In this document: piece by piece, positions 49,142 to 59,624 of the stretch
Position numbering within the stretch: position 1 is the stretch's first letter
Layout: the number at the start of each line of letters is the position of its first letter
Assembly: GCA_963787125.1 (NCBI GenBank)
Contig: CAWBBV010000016.1
Location: 96,001 to 160,000, forward strand
Source: an uncultured delta proteobacterium
GTDB taxonomy: Bacteria > Desulfobacterota > Desulfuromonadia > Geobacterales > DSM-12255
Reading direction: 5' to 3'
Length of the DNA: 64,000 bases
The notes under the pieces: generated by a model
What the model was told of the DNA's origin: nothing
What the model saw: only the letters and a program-made list of their open reading frames with translations
Databases searched by the model: none
Made by a program: the position numbers and the translations under genes

Positions 49142-51133
49142 TCAGTGATCCGACGCCTTTGAAATCCCGAGGCCGGTAATCTGCCGCACCTCAATCTCAT
49201 CAAACATCTCCTCGGCGCGTCGATCCCTGAAGAGCAGTGTTCCAACTATTGCGGCAAAAAGTCCGAGTGGTACAGAGACAATGCCGGGGTTTTTCAGCGG
49301 GAAAATCGGGGCTTTCAGCCCAACCATTGAGGTGCCGCCATCATTTTTCTTGAAATCGCCATTGGCTTTCTCGAGCACCTTCAGATCTTTTTCTAAAAGC
49401 ACAACCCCTTCAGCCTGCTTTTTCTCCAGCGTCACTATCATCTTTTTGGCATCATCGGCGATTTTCTGCGGATAGGTCATGACCGGTGAAATAACCACCA
49501 ATCCCAGAGCTGAAATTGTACCGACTAAAAGTGCAGAGATTACTCCGGCAGTATTGAAGCGTTTCCAGAAAAGCGACAGCATGACTGCCGGGAAATTACC
49601 CGAGGCTGCCACCGCAAAAGCCAGCGCGACCAGGGCAACGACGTTCTCTTTTTCAGCTGCCAGTCCCATCACGATCGCCGCAACCCCGACAAACAGAGAC
49701 GTGATCCGGGCGACTTTAATCTGGGTCTGCTGATCCGCCTTCCCATCCATGACGATATTTACGTACACATCGTGAGCAATAGCTGCCGAAGCCGCCAGCA
49801 CGAGTCCGGAGACAACCGCCAGAATCGTGGCAAAGGCTACCGCGCAGATAAAGGCCAGGAACATGTCACCACCCAGGCTGCCGGCACCGCCGCCCAGGAG
49901 CTGAGCCAGCAGCAGGGTCGCCATGTTGCCACCCTTGTCAACCGAGCTGATCAGCTGGGGTGAGAGATACAGTGCTGCTCCGAAACCGATGATATTGATG
50001 AGGAAGAAGAAGCTGCTGTTGATGAACAGCGCGATAACAATGGATTTACGCGCCTCTTTGGCGCTGGGGACGGTAAAGAAGCGCATGAGGATGTGGGGAA
50101 GACCGGCCGCTCCCAGAGCCCAGGCAATGCCGAGAGAGATCTGGTCGAGAGGATTTTTAAGAAACAGGCCCGGCTCCATGAAGCGCTGGCCGTAGTCAAA
50201 GCCCGGTTTTGGCAGCGCATCTTTGAGGACACTTATACGGATGTGATCCTGAATGAGCTGATTACCGACGATATCATTGAAAAAACCGATGGGATTCATC
50301 CCTGACTTGAGCATTACCAGCAGCGCCAACAGCACGGTACCACTCATCAAAAGCCCTGCCTTGATGATCTGTACCCAGGTAGTCGCCTTCATTCCGCCGA
50401 AAACAACGTATCCAACCATCAGCACACCGACACCGATAACAGAGACTTTATAGGGGATATCCAGCAGCACCTGCATCAGTTTACCGGCGCCAACCATCTG
50501 GGCGATCAGGTAAAAAAGCGACACGGTAACGGTGGAGAGGGCCGCCACGGCGCGCACCGGTTTTGGAGATGTCCGGAAGGAGAGGATATCTCCCAGGGTA
50601 AACTTGCCGGCATTGCGGCACGGCTCGGCAATCACCAGCAGGATGGCGATAAACGAAAACATTGGGCCGACGGCGTACATGAAGCCGTCGATGCCGTACA
50701 GTGATATCAGGCCTGACATGCCGAGAAAAGAGGCAGCAGACATGTAGTCACCGGCGATGGCCCAGCCGTTCTGCAGGCCGGTGATGCCGCCACCGGCAGT
50801 GTAGAAATCAGAGGCCGATTTAGTCTGCCTGGCTGCCCAGACAACAACACACAGGGTAATGCCGATAATCATCATGAACATGCTGATGGTAATGGCACGG
50901 TTCGGTTTGACCTTGGTAGGTACACCTGAGACAGGCGCCGGACTGGCTGCGGCGGGCGGCGTGGCAACCACGGCTGCAGGCTGGTTCTGTGCGGATGCGG
51001 TTGCCTGCTGTGCAGCCGGGATTGCCGGTGCCGCTACAGTTGTTTGTGCCGTCGAATTAGCCGGCTCTGCGGTAAACCCGACCGTAGTCAGTGTGAGTGT
51101 TAGCAGCAATGCTGATATAATCTTAGTAAACAT
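49142..51133 (-). CDS. actP: Cation/acetate (monocarboxylate) symporter, SSS family
   Basis: NGWAIAGDYMSAASFLG, GLPHILMRFFTV, AFATILAVVSGL. Confidence 0.9.
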   Translation of the reverse strand: MFTKIISALLLTLTLTTVGFTAEPANSTAQTTVAAPAIPAAQQATASAQNQPAAVVATPPAAASPAPVSGVPTKVKPNRAITISMFMMIIGITLCVVVWAARQTKSASDFYTAGGGITGLQNGWAIAGDYMSAASFLGMSGLISLYGIDGFMYAVGPMFSFIAILLVIAEPCRNAGKFTLGDILSFRTSPKPVRAVAALSTVTVSLFYLIAQMVGAGKLMQVLLDIPYKVSVIGVGVLMVGYVVFGGMKATTWVQIIKAGLLMSGTVLLALLVMLKSGMNPIGFFNDIVGNQLIQDHIRISVLKDALPKPGFDYGQRFMEPGLFLKNPLDQISLGIAWALGAAGLPHILMRFFTVPSAKEARKSIVIALFINSSFFFLINIIGFGAALYLSPQLISSVDKGGNMATLLLAQLLGGGAGSLGGDMFLAFICAVAFATILAVVSGLVLAASAAIAHDVYVNIVMDGKADQQTQIKVARITSLFVGVAAIVMGLAAEKENVVALVALAFAVAASGNFPAVMLSLFWKRFNTAGVISALLVGTISALGLVVISPVMTYPQKIADDAKKMIVTLEKKQAEGVVLLEKDLKVLEKANGDFKKNDGGTSMVGLKAPIFPLKNPGIVSVPLGLFAAIVGTLLFRDRRAEEMFDEIEVRQITGLGISKASDH

Positions 51134-51147
51134 CTGTCCTCGCCTCC

Positions 51148-51456
51148 TTATTGAATTTCTCTGACAAGTTCGTCAGTCAGTCGGTCAAAATCTCTGTTAG
51201 CAATCTTCGTGTAGTACATGGCAACAAAGATCGCCACCATGAATTGCGACAGAATAAACAGGTAGCCGAAATTAATCGCCCCCAGCAGTTTGATTTTAAA
51301 AAGTGCCGGAAAATAGCCGGCAAGCAGCGGCAATGAAAAGTAATACACCGACGCAGCAATCCACCAACCGAACAGAAACGTCCTCTTCTTGCTCTTTAGC
51401 TCCAGATACTTGGGATGTTTTGCAATCTCGCTCCAGTTGTACTCCTTGACAGCCAT
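51148..51456 (-). CDS. DUF485 (YjcH-like) membrane protein
   Basis: Two TM segments, ANRDFD tail, directly upstream of actP; ATG 51456 after GGAGG. Confidence 0.85.
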   Translation of the reverse strand: MAVKEYNWSEIAKHPKYLELKSKKRTFLFGWWIAASVYYFSLPLLAGYFPALFKIKLLGAINFGYLFILSQFMVAIFVAMYYTKIANRDFDRLTDELVREIQ

Positions 51457-51703
51457 ACCCTCCTCCTTTTGAACTGTTATTTGCTTAATCACTGCGATGC
51501 AGTATCAGAACAACGTCATTTGATTTTAAGATCTGTCAGCTGTTGCAGCCAGGCAGTAACAGCCGGGTCGTGGTCAGCACGCTATCATTACGTTCAAGGT
51601 AAGCATTGATTGCATAAATCTTTAGTTTTCAACATGCTGATATAATGTATCTTTTAGCAATCGTGCCTTGAATCAACTTCTTTTATGAAGAAAATATCTT
51701 ACG

Positions 51704-51719
51704 CTTACGTATAAGTCAA
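51704..51719 (-). promoter_or_regulatory. Second LiuR-like operator upstream of DUF485-actP
   Basis: TTGACTTATACGTAAG, 14/16 identical to the liu operon site. Confidence 0.55.
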
Positions 51720-51876
51720 TACTAAATAAAACATTTTTTTGCGATGCCTAAACTTCTGCGCCGACTGGTTCAGCATCACCGACTTCGCCAGAGCGACTTC
51801 AAGTCGTTGCAATAAAGGAAATTTATTGACATAAATCGACTGTCGCTGTTACTCTCACACGCTGATTCAGCATAAA

Positions 51877-51962
51877 CGCTGGGGGAGCTTTAGAAGAGCT
51901 GAGAAGAGCCCGGCCGGGCTCAAACCCTTTGAACCTGAGCGGGAAACCGGCGTAGGGAAGCG
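51877..51962 (+). ncRNA. TPP riboswitch (compact)
   Basis: GGGG...GCTGAGA...ACCCTTTGAACCTGA...GCGTAGGGAAG upstream of thiS. Confidence 0.9.
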
Positions 51963-51978
51963 TAACGTAAATTAGCAC

Positions 51979-52001
51979 CGGCCGCTTATGCGGCTTTTTT
52001 T
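51979..52001 (+). terminator. Terminator of the TPP riboswitch expression platform
   Basis: GCCGC-TTAT-GCGGC followed by a T run. Confidence 0.7.
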
Positions 52002-52014
52002 ATTGGGGAGCATC

Positions 52015-52212
52015 ATGCAGATACAGTTAAATGGGGAACTGAGGGAAGTTCTGCCGGGGACAGTCCTTGAGCTGCTGGAAGCTCTCGCAGTTGATCCAAA
52101 AAGGGTTGCTGTAGAGTTGAACATGGAGATTCTGCCCAAGGCAGATTACGCAGATAAACTTATTGCCACGGGTGACTGCATCGAAATAGTCCACTTCGTT
52201 GGCGGGGGGTAA
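52015..52212 (+). CDS. thiS: Sulfur carrier protein
   Basis: MQIQLNGE...VAVELN...[10 protein letters not shown]. Confidence 0.95.
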   Translation: MQIQLNGELREVLPGTVLELLEALAVDPKRVAVELNMEILPKADYADKLIATGDCIEIVHFVGGG

Positions 52213-52213
52213 T

Positions 52214-52990
52214 ATGAAACCGAGCGACAAACTTATAATTGCCGGCCGCGAGTTCAACTCGCGGCTGATGGTAGGAACAGGCAAATATGCCAGTAACGAG
52301 GAGACGGTCAAGGCACTGGAAGCATCCGGCGCCGAGATCATCACGGTTGCGGTCCGGCGTGTTAATCTTGACAGAAGCAAAGAGTCGCTGCTCGACTACA
52401 TCGATCTGAAAAAATACACTCTACTTCCTAACACCGCCGGCTGCTACACTGCGGAAGATGCCATTCGCACCTGCCGCCTGGCGCGCGAAGCCGGGATGTC
52501 AGATTTCGTCAAACTGGAAGTTCTCGGCAACGAGAAGACACTCTTTCCTGACAATGAGGAGCTGCTTAAAGCGGCCAAGGTACTGGTAGCCGAAGGGTTC
52601 ACCGTACTCCCTTATACCAGTGACGACCCGATCATTTGCAAAAAGCTCGAAGATCTCGGCTGTGCTGCGGTTATGCCCCTTGGTGCGCCTATTGGCAGCG
52701 GTCTCGGGATTCGCAACCCCTATAACATCAGAATCATCCTCGACACGGTAAAAGTGCCGGTCATCGTTGACGCCGGTGTCGGGACCGCCTCTGACGCCGC
52801 CATTGCCATGGAGCTTGGCTGCCACGGCGTGCTCATGAATACCGCCATCGCCGGGGCAAAAGATCCGGTTGCCATGGCAGAGGCGATGAATCTTGCTGTC
52901 CGGGCAGGCAGACTTGCCTATCTGGCCGGGCGCATCCCGCGAAAACTCTATGCAACTGCTTCCAGCCCACTGGATGGGCTTCTGGATTAA
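52214..52990 (+). CDS. thiG: Thiazole synthase
   Basis: [34 protein letters not shown]. Confidence 0.97.
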   Translation: MKPSDKLIIAGREFNSRLMVGTGKYASNEETVKALEASGAEIITVAVRRVNLDRSKESLLDYIDLKKYTLLPNTAGCYTAEDAIRTCRLAREAGMSDFVKLEVLGNEKTLFPDNEELLKAAKVLVAEGFTVLPYTSDDPIICKKLEDLGCAAVMPLGAPIGSGLGIRNPYNIRIILDTVKVPVIVDAGVGTASDAAIAMELGCHGVLMNTAIAGAKDPVAMAEAMNLAVRAGRLAYLAGRIPRKLYATASSPLDGLLD

Positions 52991-52992
52991 CA

Positions 52993-53646
52993 ATGCCGAT
53001 TAACAAACGGATAGACTTCAATATCTACCTCATTACTGACCGTCACCAGACCGGCAGTCTGCGGCTCCTGGACGTAGTCGAAGACGCACTGAAAGGCGGA
53101 GTACGGGGTGTTCAGCTGCGCGAAAAGGATCTCTCCAGCCGCGAGCTCTACGAACTTGCCTATGACATGCGCAAACTGACCGCTAAATACGACGCCAGAC
53201 TCATCATCAATGACCGGGTCGATATTGCCCTTGCCGTCGAAGCAGATGGTGTTCATCTCGGCCTCAACAGTCTGCCGATTCACCGGGTCAGAAAGCTTAT
53301 CGGCAACACCAGACTCATCGGCCTTTCCTGTCATAATCAGGTCAACGCTATCATGGCGCAGGAGAACGGTGCTGACTTCATCACGTTTGGCCCGGTTTAC
53401 TACACCCCCTCAAAAGCCAACTACGGCAAACCGGTCGGCGTTGAAAAACTTGAACTTGTATCCCAACTGCTACAGATACCGGTCTTTGCCCTTGGCGGAA
53501 TTAAAAAATCCAATATCCATGAAGTCATGGCTGCCGGTGCCTCGGGGATAGCTCTCGTCTCCGCCCTCATTGCCAGTGATGACCCGAAAAGCACGGCAGC
53601 GGCAATGATTGCAATGCTCCCCCCCCTCCCCACAAGAGAAACATGA
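52993..53646 (+). CDS. thiE: Thiamine-phosphate synthase
   Basis: QLREK, INDRVDIA, GVHLG, TPSK, ALGGI. Confidence 0.92.
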   Translation: MPINKRIDFNIYLITDRHQTGSLRLLDVVEDALKGGVRGVQLREKDLSSRELYELAYDMRKLTAKYDARLIINDRVDIALAVEADGVHLGLNSLPIHRVRKLIGNTRLIGLSCHNQVNAIMAQENGADFITFGPVYYTPSKANYGKPVGVEKLELVSQLLQIPVFALGGIKKSNIHEVMAAGASGIALVSALIASDDPKSTAAAMIAMLPPLPTRET

Positions 53647-54581
53647 CAGCACTCCCGGCAGGCATTCACCCGCACCTCAGAATAAACTCCTACGGCTGGT
53701 ATCTACGCAAGCGCTTCTCCTGCCGCGTCAGCAAGGTAAATGTCGATGCAGGCTTCACCTGTCCCAACAGAGACGGCAGTCGCGGAGTCGGCGGCTGCAT
53801 TTACTGCGACAACAGCTCTTTTTCCCCGGCGGCAACTCAAGCGGATATCTCCGTGGAAACGCAGATGGCAGCCGGCATGGCGTACCATCGGCAGCGGCTT
53901 GGCAGCGAAAAATTTATTATCTACTTCCAGAAATTTACCAACACTTATGCCGACCCTGTCCATCTGCGTAATCTCTACACACAGGCGCTGGCACACCCTG
54001 ACGTCATCGGCATTTCTATCGGTACCCGCCCCGATGCCATTTCTCCGGAAGTTGCCGGTCTTCTCGAAGAACTGGCAGAAAAACATTATGTCTGTCTGGA
54101 ACTCGGCCTGCAGTCCATGGATGACGATATTCTCACCCGGATAAACCGCGGGCATACGTTCGCTGAATATCTGGCTGCCGTTCAGCTTGTGAAGGGTCGT
54201 GGACTTGACATCTGCACCCATCTGATTTACGGCTTTCCCGGCGAAACCAGGGAAAACTTCCTGAAAACTGCCGCCGTTATGGCGGATCTGGGCATCAACT
54301 CCGTAAAACTTCATCAGCTCCATGCCGTCACAGGCACAAATCTGGCGAACCAGTACCTGCAGGGTGAATTCATCCCTCTGGAGATGAGCGAATATATTGC
54401 CACTGCCTGCGATTTTCTTGAGCTGCTTCCGGCGGCTGTGACCATCCAGAGGCTCTACGGTTCCGCCCCGCTCGCCATAAGGGTTGCACCCCAGTGGAAT
54501 CTGAAGAATAATCAGATGTGGTATGCTATAGTGAATGAACTTGAAAAGCGGGACAGTTGGCAGGGAAAACGGAGAACTTGA
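53643..54581 (+). CDS. Radical SAM protein (YhcC/TIGR01212-like)
   Basis: GFTCPNRDG...GGCIYC, IGTRPD, ELGLQS. Confidence 0.9.
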   Translation: MTALPAGIHPHLRINSYGWYLRKRFSCRVSKVNVDAGFTCPNRDGSRGVGGCIYCDNSSFSPAATQADISVETQMAAGMAYHRQRLGSEKFIIYFQKFTNTYADPVHLRNLYTQALAHPDVIGISIGTRPDAISPEVAGLLEELAEKHYVCLELGLQSMDDDILTRINRGHTFAEYLAAVQLVKGRGLDICTHLIYGFPGETRENFLKTAAVMADLGINSVKLHQLHAVTGTNLANQYLQGEFIPLEMSEYIATACDFLELLPAAVTIQRLYGSAPLAIRVAPQWNLKNNQMWYAIVNELEKRDSWQGKRRT

Positions 54582-54586
54582 GTTCG

Positions 54587-55594
54587 ATGACCGGCAATAA
54601 GCTGAGAATTTTATCCTCACTACTGCTTCTGACAGGAGTAGTGCTTTCCGGGCTCTCCTTTACGGATCTTTGCAGCTTTAGTGGCTGCACGGAAGCCCAT
54701 GAATACCGGTTCTTTGGTATCATGTTACAGCTGACCGGCACATTTTACTTCAGCCTGCTGACGGGACTTATGCTGGTTTCATGGCGATTCAGCAGCATCG
54801 CTCCGCTCTACTCACTGGCGCTTGCAGGTGGCGCGGGTGCTGAACTGGTAATGATTCACCTGCAGAAAAACGTAATACAAGCATGGTGCCCACTCTGTCT
54901 TGGCATCGCAGCTGTTGTATATCTGCTCGCCATCCTGAGGATGACGGAAGCAGCAATTGAATCCAGGGGGTTTCAGACAATGAACCGACGGCAATTTATT
55001 TCAAAAGCAGCCATCCTGATGGTAGCCGCTGTTGCAGGCTTTATGGTCAGTTTTGTCGGCATAAAAAAACCGGAAGCAGCCGGAGTTGAGACTGCTCTTG
55101 GCAAGCAGGGGAGCAAAGTAGAAGTCTATGTCTTTTCGGACTGGCTCTGTCCAATCTGTATCAAGGTTGAACCTGTTCTGGAAGCGGCCCTCCCCACTAT
55201 TGAGAAACGGGCTCAAGTTTATTTCCTCGATAAACCGGTTCACAAGGAGTCAATGAATTTTGTGCCGTACCATCTTTCGTTTCTTGTTAATGAAAAACCC
55301 AAATATATCCAGCTAAGAAAAGCTCTTTTTGAACTGGCAAAGACCAACAAAAACCCGACCATTGACGATGTGAAAGTGGCAATTGCCCCCCTTGGGGTCA
55401 CCTATAAACAGCTCAGCTTTATGGATGTAAGTCAGCTGATGGCAAAAGCGCAGGCGCTCTCGGCTGAATACAAGGTGACCGGGACTCCGACGGTTGTTGT
55501 GCGGAACAACAGCAGCAAAAAAAGCAGGACACTGGTGGGGAGCAAGGAGATAACTGCAGAGAACCTTCTGAAAACGGTAAAATCTCTGGAGTAA
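54587..55594 (+). CDS. VKOR-domain plus thioredoxin/DsbA-like fusion protein
   Basis: C..GC loop, WCPLC in a TM segment, DWLCPIC and GTPT (cis-Pro) motifs. Confidence 0.8.
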   Translation: MTGNKLRILSSLLLLTGVVLSGLSFTDLCSFSGCTEAHEYRFFGIMLQLTGTFYFSLLTGLMLVSWRFSSIAPLYSLALAGGAGAELVMIHLQKNVIQAWCPLCLGIAAVVYLLAILRMTEAAIESRGFQTMNRRQFISKAAILMVAAVAGFMVSFVGIKKPEAAGVETALGKQGSKVEVYVFSDWLCPICIKVEPVLEAALPTIEKRAQVYFLDKPVHKESMNFVPYHLSFLVNEKPKYIQLRKALFELAKTNKNPTIDDVKVAIAPLGVTYKQLSFMDVSQLMAKAQALSAEYKVTGTPTVVVRNNSSKKSRTLVGSKEITAENLLKTVKSLE

Positions 55595-55724
55595 TAAAAA
55601 CCCTGATATATACAGAAAATATCCTCTGCCATACATAAAAGCGTTTTTAACATTGTTGTAAAGTATCAGTTGCGGTCATATACATTAATGGCAGGTAAAT
55701 ATTGTCTTCAGGGAGGGTGAACTT

Positions 55725-56114
55725 ATGAAAACAAGCGAAGTTATGACCCGGACAAAATTCCTTAAGCATTGTGACAAGATGATCCTCAATTTTGATTTCA
55801 GTGGCTTAGAAGTCGATGAAGCCAGGCAGGTATGTGAATACGTAAAAGGGCTTATCAGCCGGATGCCATTAGGCTCGGTGCTGACACTGGTGAACGTAAC
55901 TAATGTTCAATATAATCAGGAGTTCAAGGAGCTATCCAGCGACCTTGCCAAGCACAACAAGCCCTATGTTTTGGCTGGTGCAGTGATAGGGGTTGAAGGG
56001 TGGAAGAAAATGGTTTTATGGGCAACAACCAAACTGACCGGGCGTGACAATCTGAAAGCATTTGACAGCATTGAAGCGGCCAAGGACTGGCTGGTTAACT
56101 ATCAGCCAAAATAG
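55725..56114 (+). CDS. Hypothetical protein (STAS/SEC14-like)
   Basis: 129 aa ending FDSIEAAKDWL; GGAGG RBS. Confidence 0.7.
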   Translation: MKTSEVMTRTKFLKHCDKMILNFDFSGLEVDEARQVCEYVKGLISRMPLGSVLTLVNVTNVQYNQEFKELSSDLAKHNKPYVLAGAVIGVEGWKKMVLWATTKLTGRDNLKAFDSIEAAKDWLVNYQPK

Positions 56115-56120
56115 TCATCC

Positions 56121-56948
56121 TTAGTAAATGGCGTAATTATCGGTTGAGGAAAAAATCTCTTTCAGCAGCAGATTATTGAGATAGTGACCGGTCTTGTTGG
56201 CCTCTATCTTGCCAAGGATCCGGTATCCCGAAGTGTAAATATCCCCGATCAGGTCAAGAATCTTGTGATTGACCAACTCCTTGCCGTACCTGAGGCCGTC
56301 GGGATTGACAATATCATCTTCCCCGATGGCGATGGCATTATCAAGTGACGCCCCTTTTGCCAGACCGACTTTCTGGATCGCTTCCAGCTCTTCCAGAAAG
56401 CCAAAAGTCCGCGAATTAACAATTGAAATCGCGTTTTCGACGTCCATAACCCGCTTCTTCTGCTTGCCTACCGGGGGGCGAAAATCGATCGACATGGTTA
56501 TATCAAGCGTATTGAGCGGCTTCACCTTGATCCACGAGTCATTATTACGAACTTCCACTGTTTTCAACACCTTCAGATAGACCCCTGCTTCAGGAAACTC
56601 GTAAACTCCCGCCCGCCACATTTCGTGATAAAATTCCCAGGCTGAGCCGTCCATGATCGGTATCTCGGGACCGTCAATATAGACGAGACAGTTAGTTATG
56701 CCGGAATAATAAAATGCCGCCATCAGATGTTCTATGGTGGAAACCGAATATCCACCGGAAGAAATCTGGGTTGAAAGACGGGTGTCAGCGACCATGTCGT
56801 AGCGTGCCGGGATTAGAGTGCCGCCGATGCAAAAGGCGATGCCGAATTCGCGTCGCGGCAGAAACTCCATGTTCACCTGCTTGCCGGTGTGGAGGCCGAT
56901 GCCGCTTAAGCGGAAGATCCTGTTGATAGTTGTCTGGCGTTTGATCAT
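56121..56948 (-). CDS. lpxC: UDP-3-O-acyl-N-acetylglucosamine deacetylase
   Basis: QTT...GIGLHTG, TIEHL, EIPIMDGS, SRTFGF, HKILD.IGD. Confidence 0.92.
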   Translation of the reverse strand: MIKRQTTINRIFRLSGIGLHTGKQVNMEFLPRREFGIAFCIGGTLIPARYDMVADTRLSTQISSGGYSVSTIEHLMAAFYYSGITNCLVYIDGPEIPIMDGSAWEFYHEMWRAGVYEFPEAGVYLKVLKTVEVRNNDSWIKVKPLNTLDITMSIDFRPPVGKQKKRVMDVENAISIVNSRTFGFLEELEAIQKVGLAKGASLDNAIAIGEDDIVNPDGLRYGKELVNHKILDLIGDIYTSGYRILGKIEANKTGHYLNNLLLKEIFSSTDNYAIY

Positions 56949-57062
56949 AGAAAAGGTTATCCCATATAATTGAAATTGCGTCAAATAATGAAACCCACGT
57001 GTGCGGGTTCTGTCACCGGGTATCAGTATCCATGGCCGACTAGGGCCGAACCCTGCACCTGA

Positions 57063-57554
57063 CTATTTCACCCTCCTCCAGAGCGTACTCCCACCCAGCA
57101 GCGGTATAGATATGAAGCCGCGCAGCTCAAGTTTGTCGGGACTTTTGAGAGTAATCAGACTGCTGTATGTTTTGCCGTTTTCTGTGTTGTAAATTCTGCC
57201 GTCGTCCCAGAGGTTGTTGCCGCGGAAAGCGTACCCCTCCATCAGCTGCAGCCCGACAAGCGGTCGCCCCTTCAGCTCCTTTTTCGGGTTCTCCCGGTCC
57301 ACAAGCGGCTTGCCCGGCATCTTACCTTTATCATCCGCCGGATAGTATGGCTCTTTAAGCCAGACTATCCGGCCGCAATATTTCGCAGCGCAGTGATAAA
57401 TTTCTATATGACCGTCACCCTCTGCGACCTCCCAGACACCGACTATGGCGTCTGCAGCTACTGTTGCCGCCTGCGAGGACGCCGGAGGTAGAATTGGCAA
57501 AAACAGGCTGCCGAGTAAAATGACCAATCTGAACATGTCGCGCTGATTAAACAT
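57063..57554 (-). CDS. DUF2147-like secreted protein
   Basis: Signal peptide; GRIVWL...D.ENP...G.IYN..NGKTY...L..RG. Confidence 0.82.
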   Translation of the reverse strand: MFNQRDMFRLVILLGSLFLPILPPASSQAATVAADAIVGVWEVAEGDGHIEIYHCAAKYCGRIVWLKEPYYPADDKGKMPGKPLVDRENPKKELKGRPLVGLQLMEGYAFRGNNLWDDGRIYNTENGKTYSSLITLKSPDKLELRGFISIPLLGGSTLWRRVK

Positions 57555-57561
57555 AGGTTGG

Positions 57562-58671
57562 TCAGATCCCGGGAGCGACCCGCTCCAGGAAGCTCTTCAC
57601 CTGAGGGGCAAAGGTTTCATGTTCGAGCAGAAAGGCGTCATGTCCATAAGGGGAGGAGATAAGATGATACTCAACGTCTTTGCCAAGCTCCTTAAGAACT
57701 TGAACCATCTCTTCGGTGTAGTGCGGCGGATAAAGCCAGTCTGACGTGAAGGTGAAAAGCTGGATCGGTGCCTGTATCTGGGACAGCGCTTCCCTGAGAG
57801 ATTCATAGCCGAGAGCGACATCGTAGAGGTCCAGCGCTTTTGCCAGATAGAGGAAGGAGTTGGCATCGAAGCGGTCGACAAAGTTGTAGCCGTTATAGTT
57901 CAGATAACGCTCAATTTCGAATTTGCCGAAGAAATCGAAGAACCCATCTTTAGCTGCATAGCGGCGACCGAATTTGGACTGCATCGATTCATCGGAGAGA
58001 AAAGCTATGTGGCCGATGCCGCGAGCCAGTGCCAGACCGTCTTTCGGGTTTTTACGATACTCCCCCTTTTTCCAGTCCGGATCGTTGAAGATCGCCCAGC
58101 GGGCCACGGCATTCAGGCTGATCGCCTGGGGCGAAGGTGCCGGGGTGGTGGCAAGGGCTACAATCGAGGCAACCCTGTCAGGGTACTGGGTTCCCCATTC
58201 CAGCGCCTGCATCCCTCCCATGCTGCCGCCAAGCACACTCAGCAGCTTATTTATGCCGAGATGGTCAAGCAACAGCGCCTGGGCGCGAACCATATCCCTG
58301 ACAGTTATTACAGGGAAGGTCAGATTGTAGCGTTTTCCGGTTTTGGGGTTGATTGAGGCTGGTCCTGTCGAGCCGTAACAGGAGCCGAGCACATTAGGGC
58401 AGATGATAAAATAGCGATCTGTGTCGAGGAGTCTGCCCGGACCGACAATTGCGTCCCACCAGCCGACTTTTTGATCCTCAGCTGAACTCCTGCCGGCAAG
58501 ATGGGCATTTCCCGTCCAGGCGTGGGCAACCAGGATGGCGTTACCGGCATCGGCATTGAGCGTCCCGTAGGTTTCATACACCTGGGTCACAGGTTTCAGA
58601 ATCCGGCCACTCTCAAGGCGAAGATCTATGTCAAGCGTCAAGCTCTGTTCGGTTACTACGCCAACAGACAT
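57562..58671 (-). CDS. metX: Homoserine O-acetyltransferase
   Basis: [35 protein letters not shown] riboswitch upstream. Confidence 0.93.
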   Translation of the reverse strand: MSVGVVTEQSLTLDIDLRLESGRILKPVTQVYETYGTLNADAGNAILVAHAWTGNAHLAGRSSAEDQKVGWWDAIVGPGRLLDTDRYFIICPNVLGSCYGSTGPASINPKTGKRYNLTFPVITVRDMVRAQALLLDHLGINKLLSVLGGSMGGMQALEWGTQYPDRVASIVALATTPAPSPQAISLNAVARWAIFNDPDWKKGEYRKNPKDGLALARGIGHIAFLSDESMQSKFGRRYAAKDGFFDFFGKFEIERYLNYNGYNFVDRFDANSFLYLAKALDLYDVALGYESLREALSQIQAPIQLFTFTSDWLYPPHYTEEMVQVLKELGKDVEYHLISSPYGHDAFLLEHETFAPQVKSFLERVAPGI

Positions 58672-58672
58672 G

Positions 58673-58706
58673 AAAAAAGCCCCTTTTTCATAATGAGAAG
58701 GGGCTT
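58673..58706 (-). terminator. SAM riboswitch terminator/RBS-sequestering hairpin
   Basis: Minus strand AAAGCCCCTTCTCATTATGAAAAAGGGGCTTTTTTC then ATG. Confidence 0.8.
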
Positions 58707-58731
58707 TGTGCCATGCAGGTCAAAACTCCCA

Positions 58732-58838
58732 TCTCATCTTTGCCCCGAAGGGCAGGATTTAGCACCTGTCGTCCCCTTTAACAGGGCACCGGTTGCTGTG
58801 GCTTCGTCGGGCCTTTCCCTCCACCACTCTAGATAAGA
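58732..58838 (-). ncRNA. SAM-I (S-box) riboswitch
   Basis: CTTATCTAGAGTGGTGGAGGGA..GGCCC...GAAGCC..AGCAACC...GGTGCTAAATCC...GATGAG. Confidence 0.95.
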
Positions 58839-58922
58839 CGGCTATTCAATTGTGTCGGAGCATAATTGAAAAAATGGACGATTGTCAATGAAATTGTCCT
58901 GCAAACGTGCTATCTAAGGGGG

Positions 58923-59624
58923 ATGAAGAAGAGAAAAGTGAGCCTGCCAAAACCGAAGGAGTTTGCAACTACCCCTTTCTCCGCACTCAAAGGGGTGCAG
59001 ACGAAACCGACTGAGCCGACCCCTGTCAAACCGGCAGAACAGCCGGTAAAAAAGGTTCGGGAAGCGGATGACATGGATCTGTTCCTTCTTGCCATGTCCG
59101 GAGTAGAAAAGCTTGCGCCCAAGGAGCTGAAATCGTCTCAGGACAAACCTGTTGCCGCTGTCAAAGCGGTCGTGCGGAGAATCGAAGAGAGTGAACAGCA
59201 GTTTTTCCTCGAAGCGATCAACGGACTTAAACTCGATGTGAAATTTCACGATGAAGCCCCGGAAGAACCTTTACCGACAAAACCGACTTTCGGCAGCCGT
59301 CTCAAGCAGTTGCGGCGCGGAACGATCCGCCTCGATTACGAGCTCGACCTGCATGGCCTGACAAAAGATGAAGCAATCGATGCGCTTGACTCTTTCATAA
59401 AAGGAGCCTACAGGCGCGGACAGCAAGCAGTTCTTGTCATTACCGGGAAGGGGAACCATTCAGCGGATGAGCCGGTGCTGAAGGTTGCTGTTGAAAAATG
59501 GCTGAGGGATGAGGGGAAAAAGATGGTGATAGAGTTTGTCTCTGCACCCCGGCAAATGGGAGGAGAGGGAGCAGTTGTGGTTTTTCTCAGACAGTTTCAA
59601 GAAACTCCGCGAGTACCCGGTTGA
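58923..59624 (+). CDS. Smr/MutS2-domain protein
   Basis: LDLHG, VITGKG, GGEGA. Confidence 0.9.
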   Translation: MKKRKVSLPKPKEFATTPFSALKGVQTKPTEPTPVKPAEQPVKKVREADDMDLFLLAMSGVEKLAPKELKSSQDKPVAAVKAVVRRIEESEQQFFLEAINGLKLDVKFHDEAPEEPLPTKPTFGSRLKQLRRGTIRLDYELDLHGLTKDEAIDALDSFIKGAYRRGQQAVLVITGKGNHSADEPVLKVAVEKWLRDEGKKMVIEFVSAPRQMGGEGAVVVFLRQFQETPRVPG

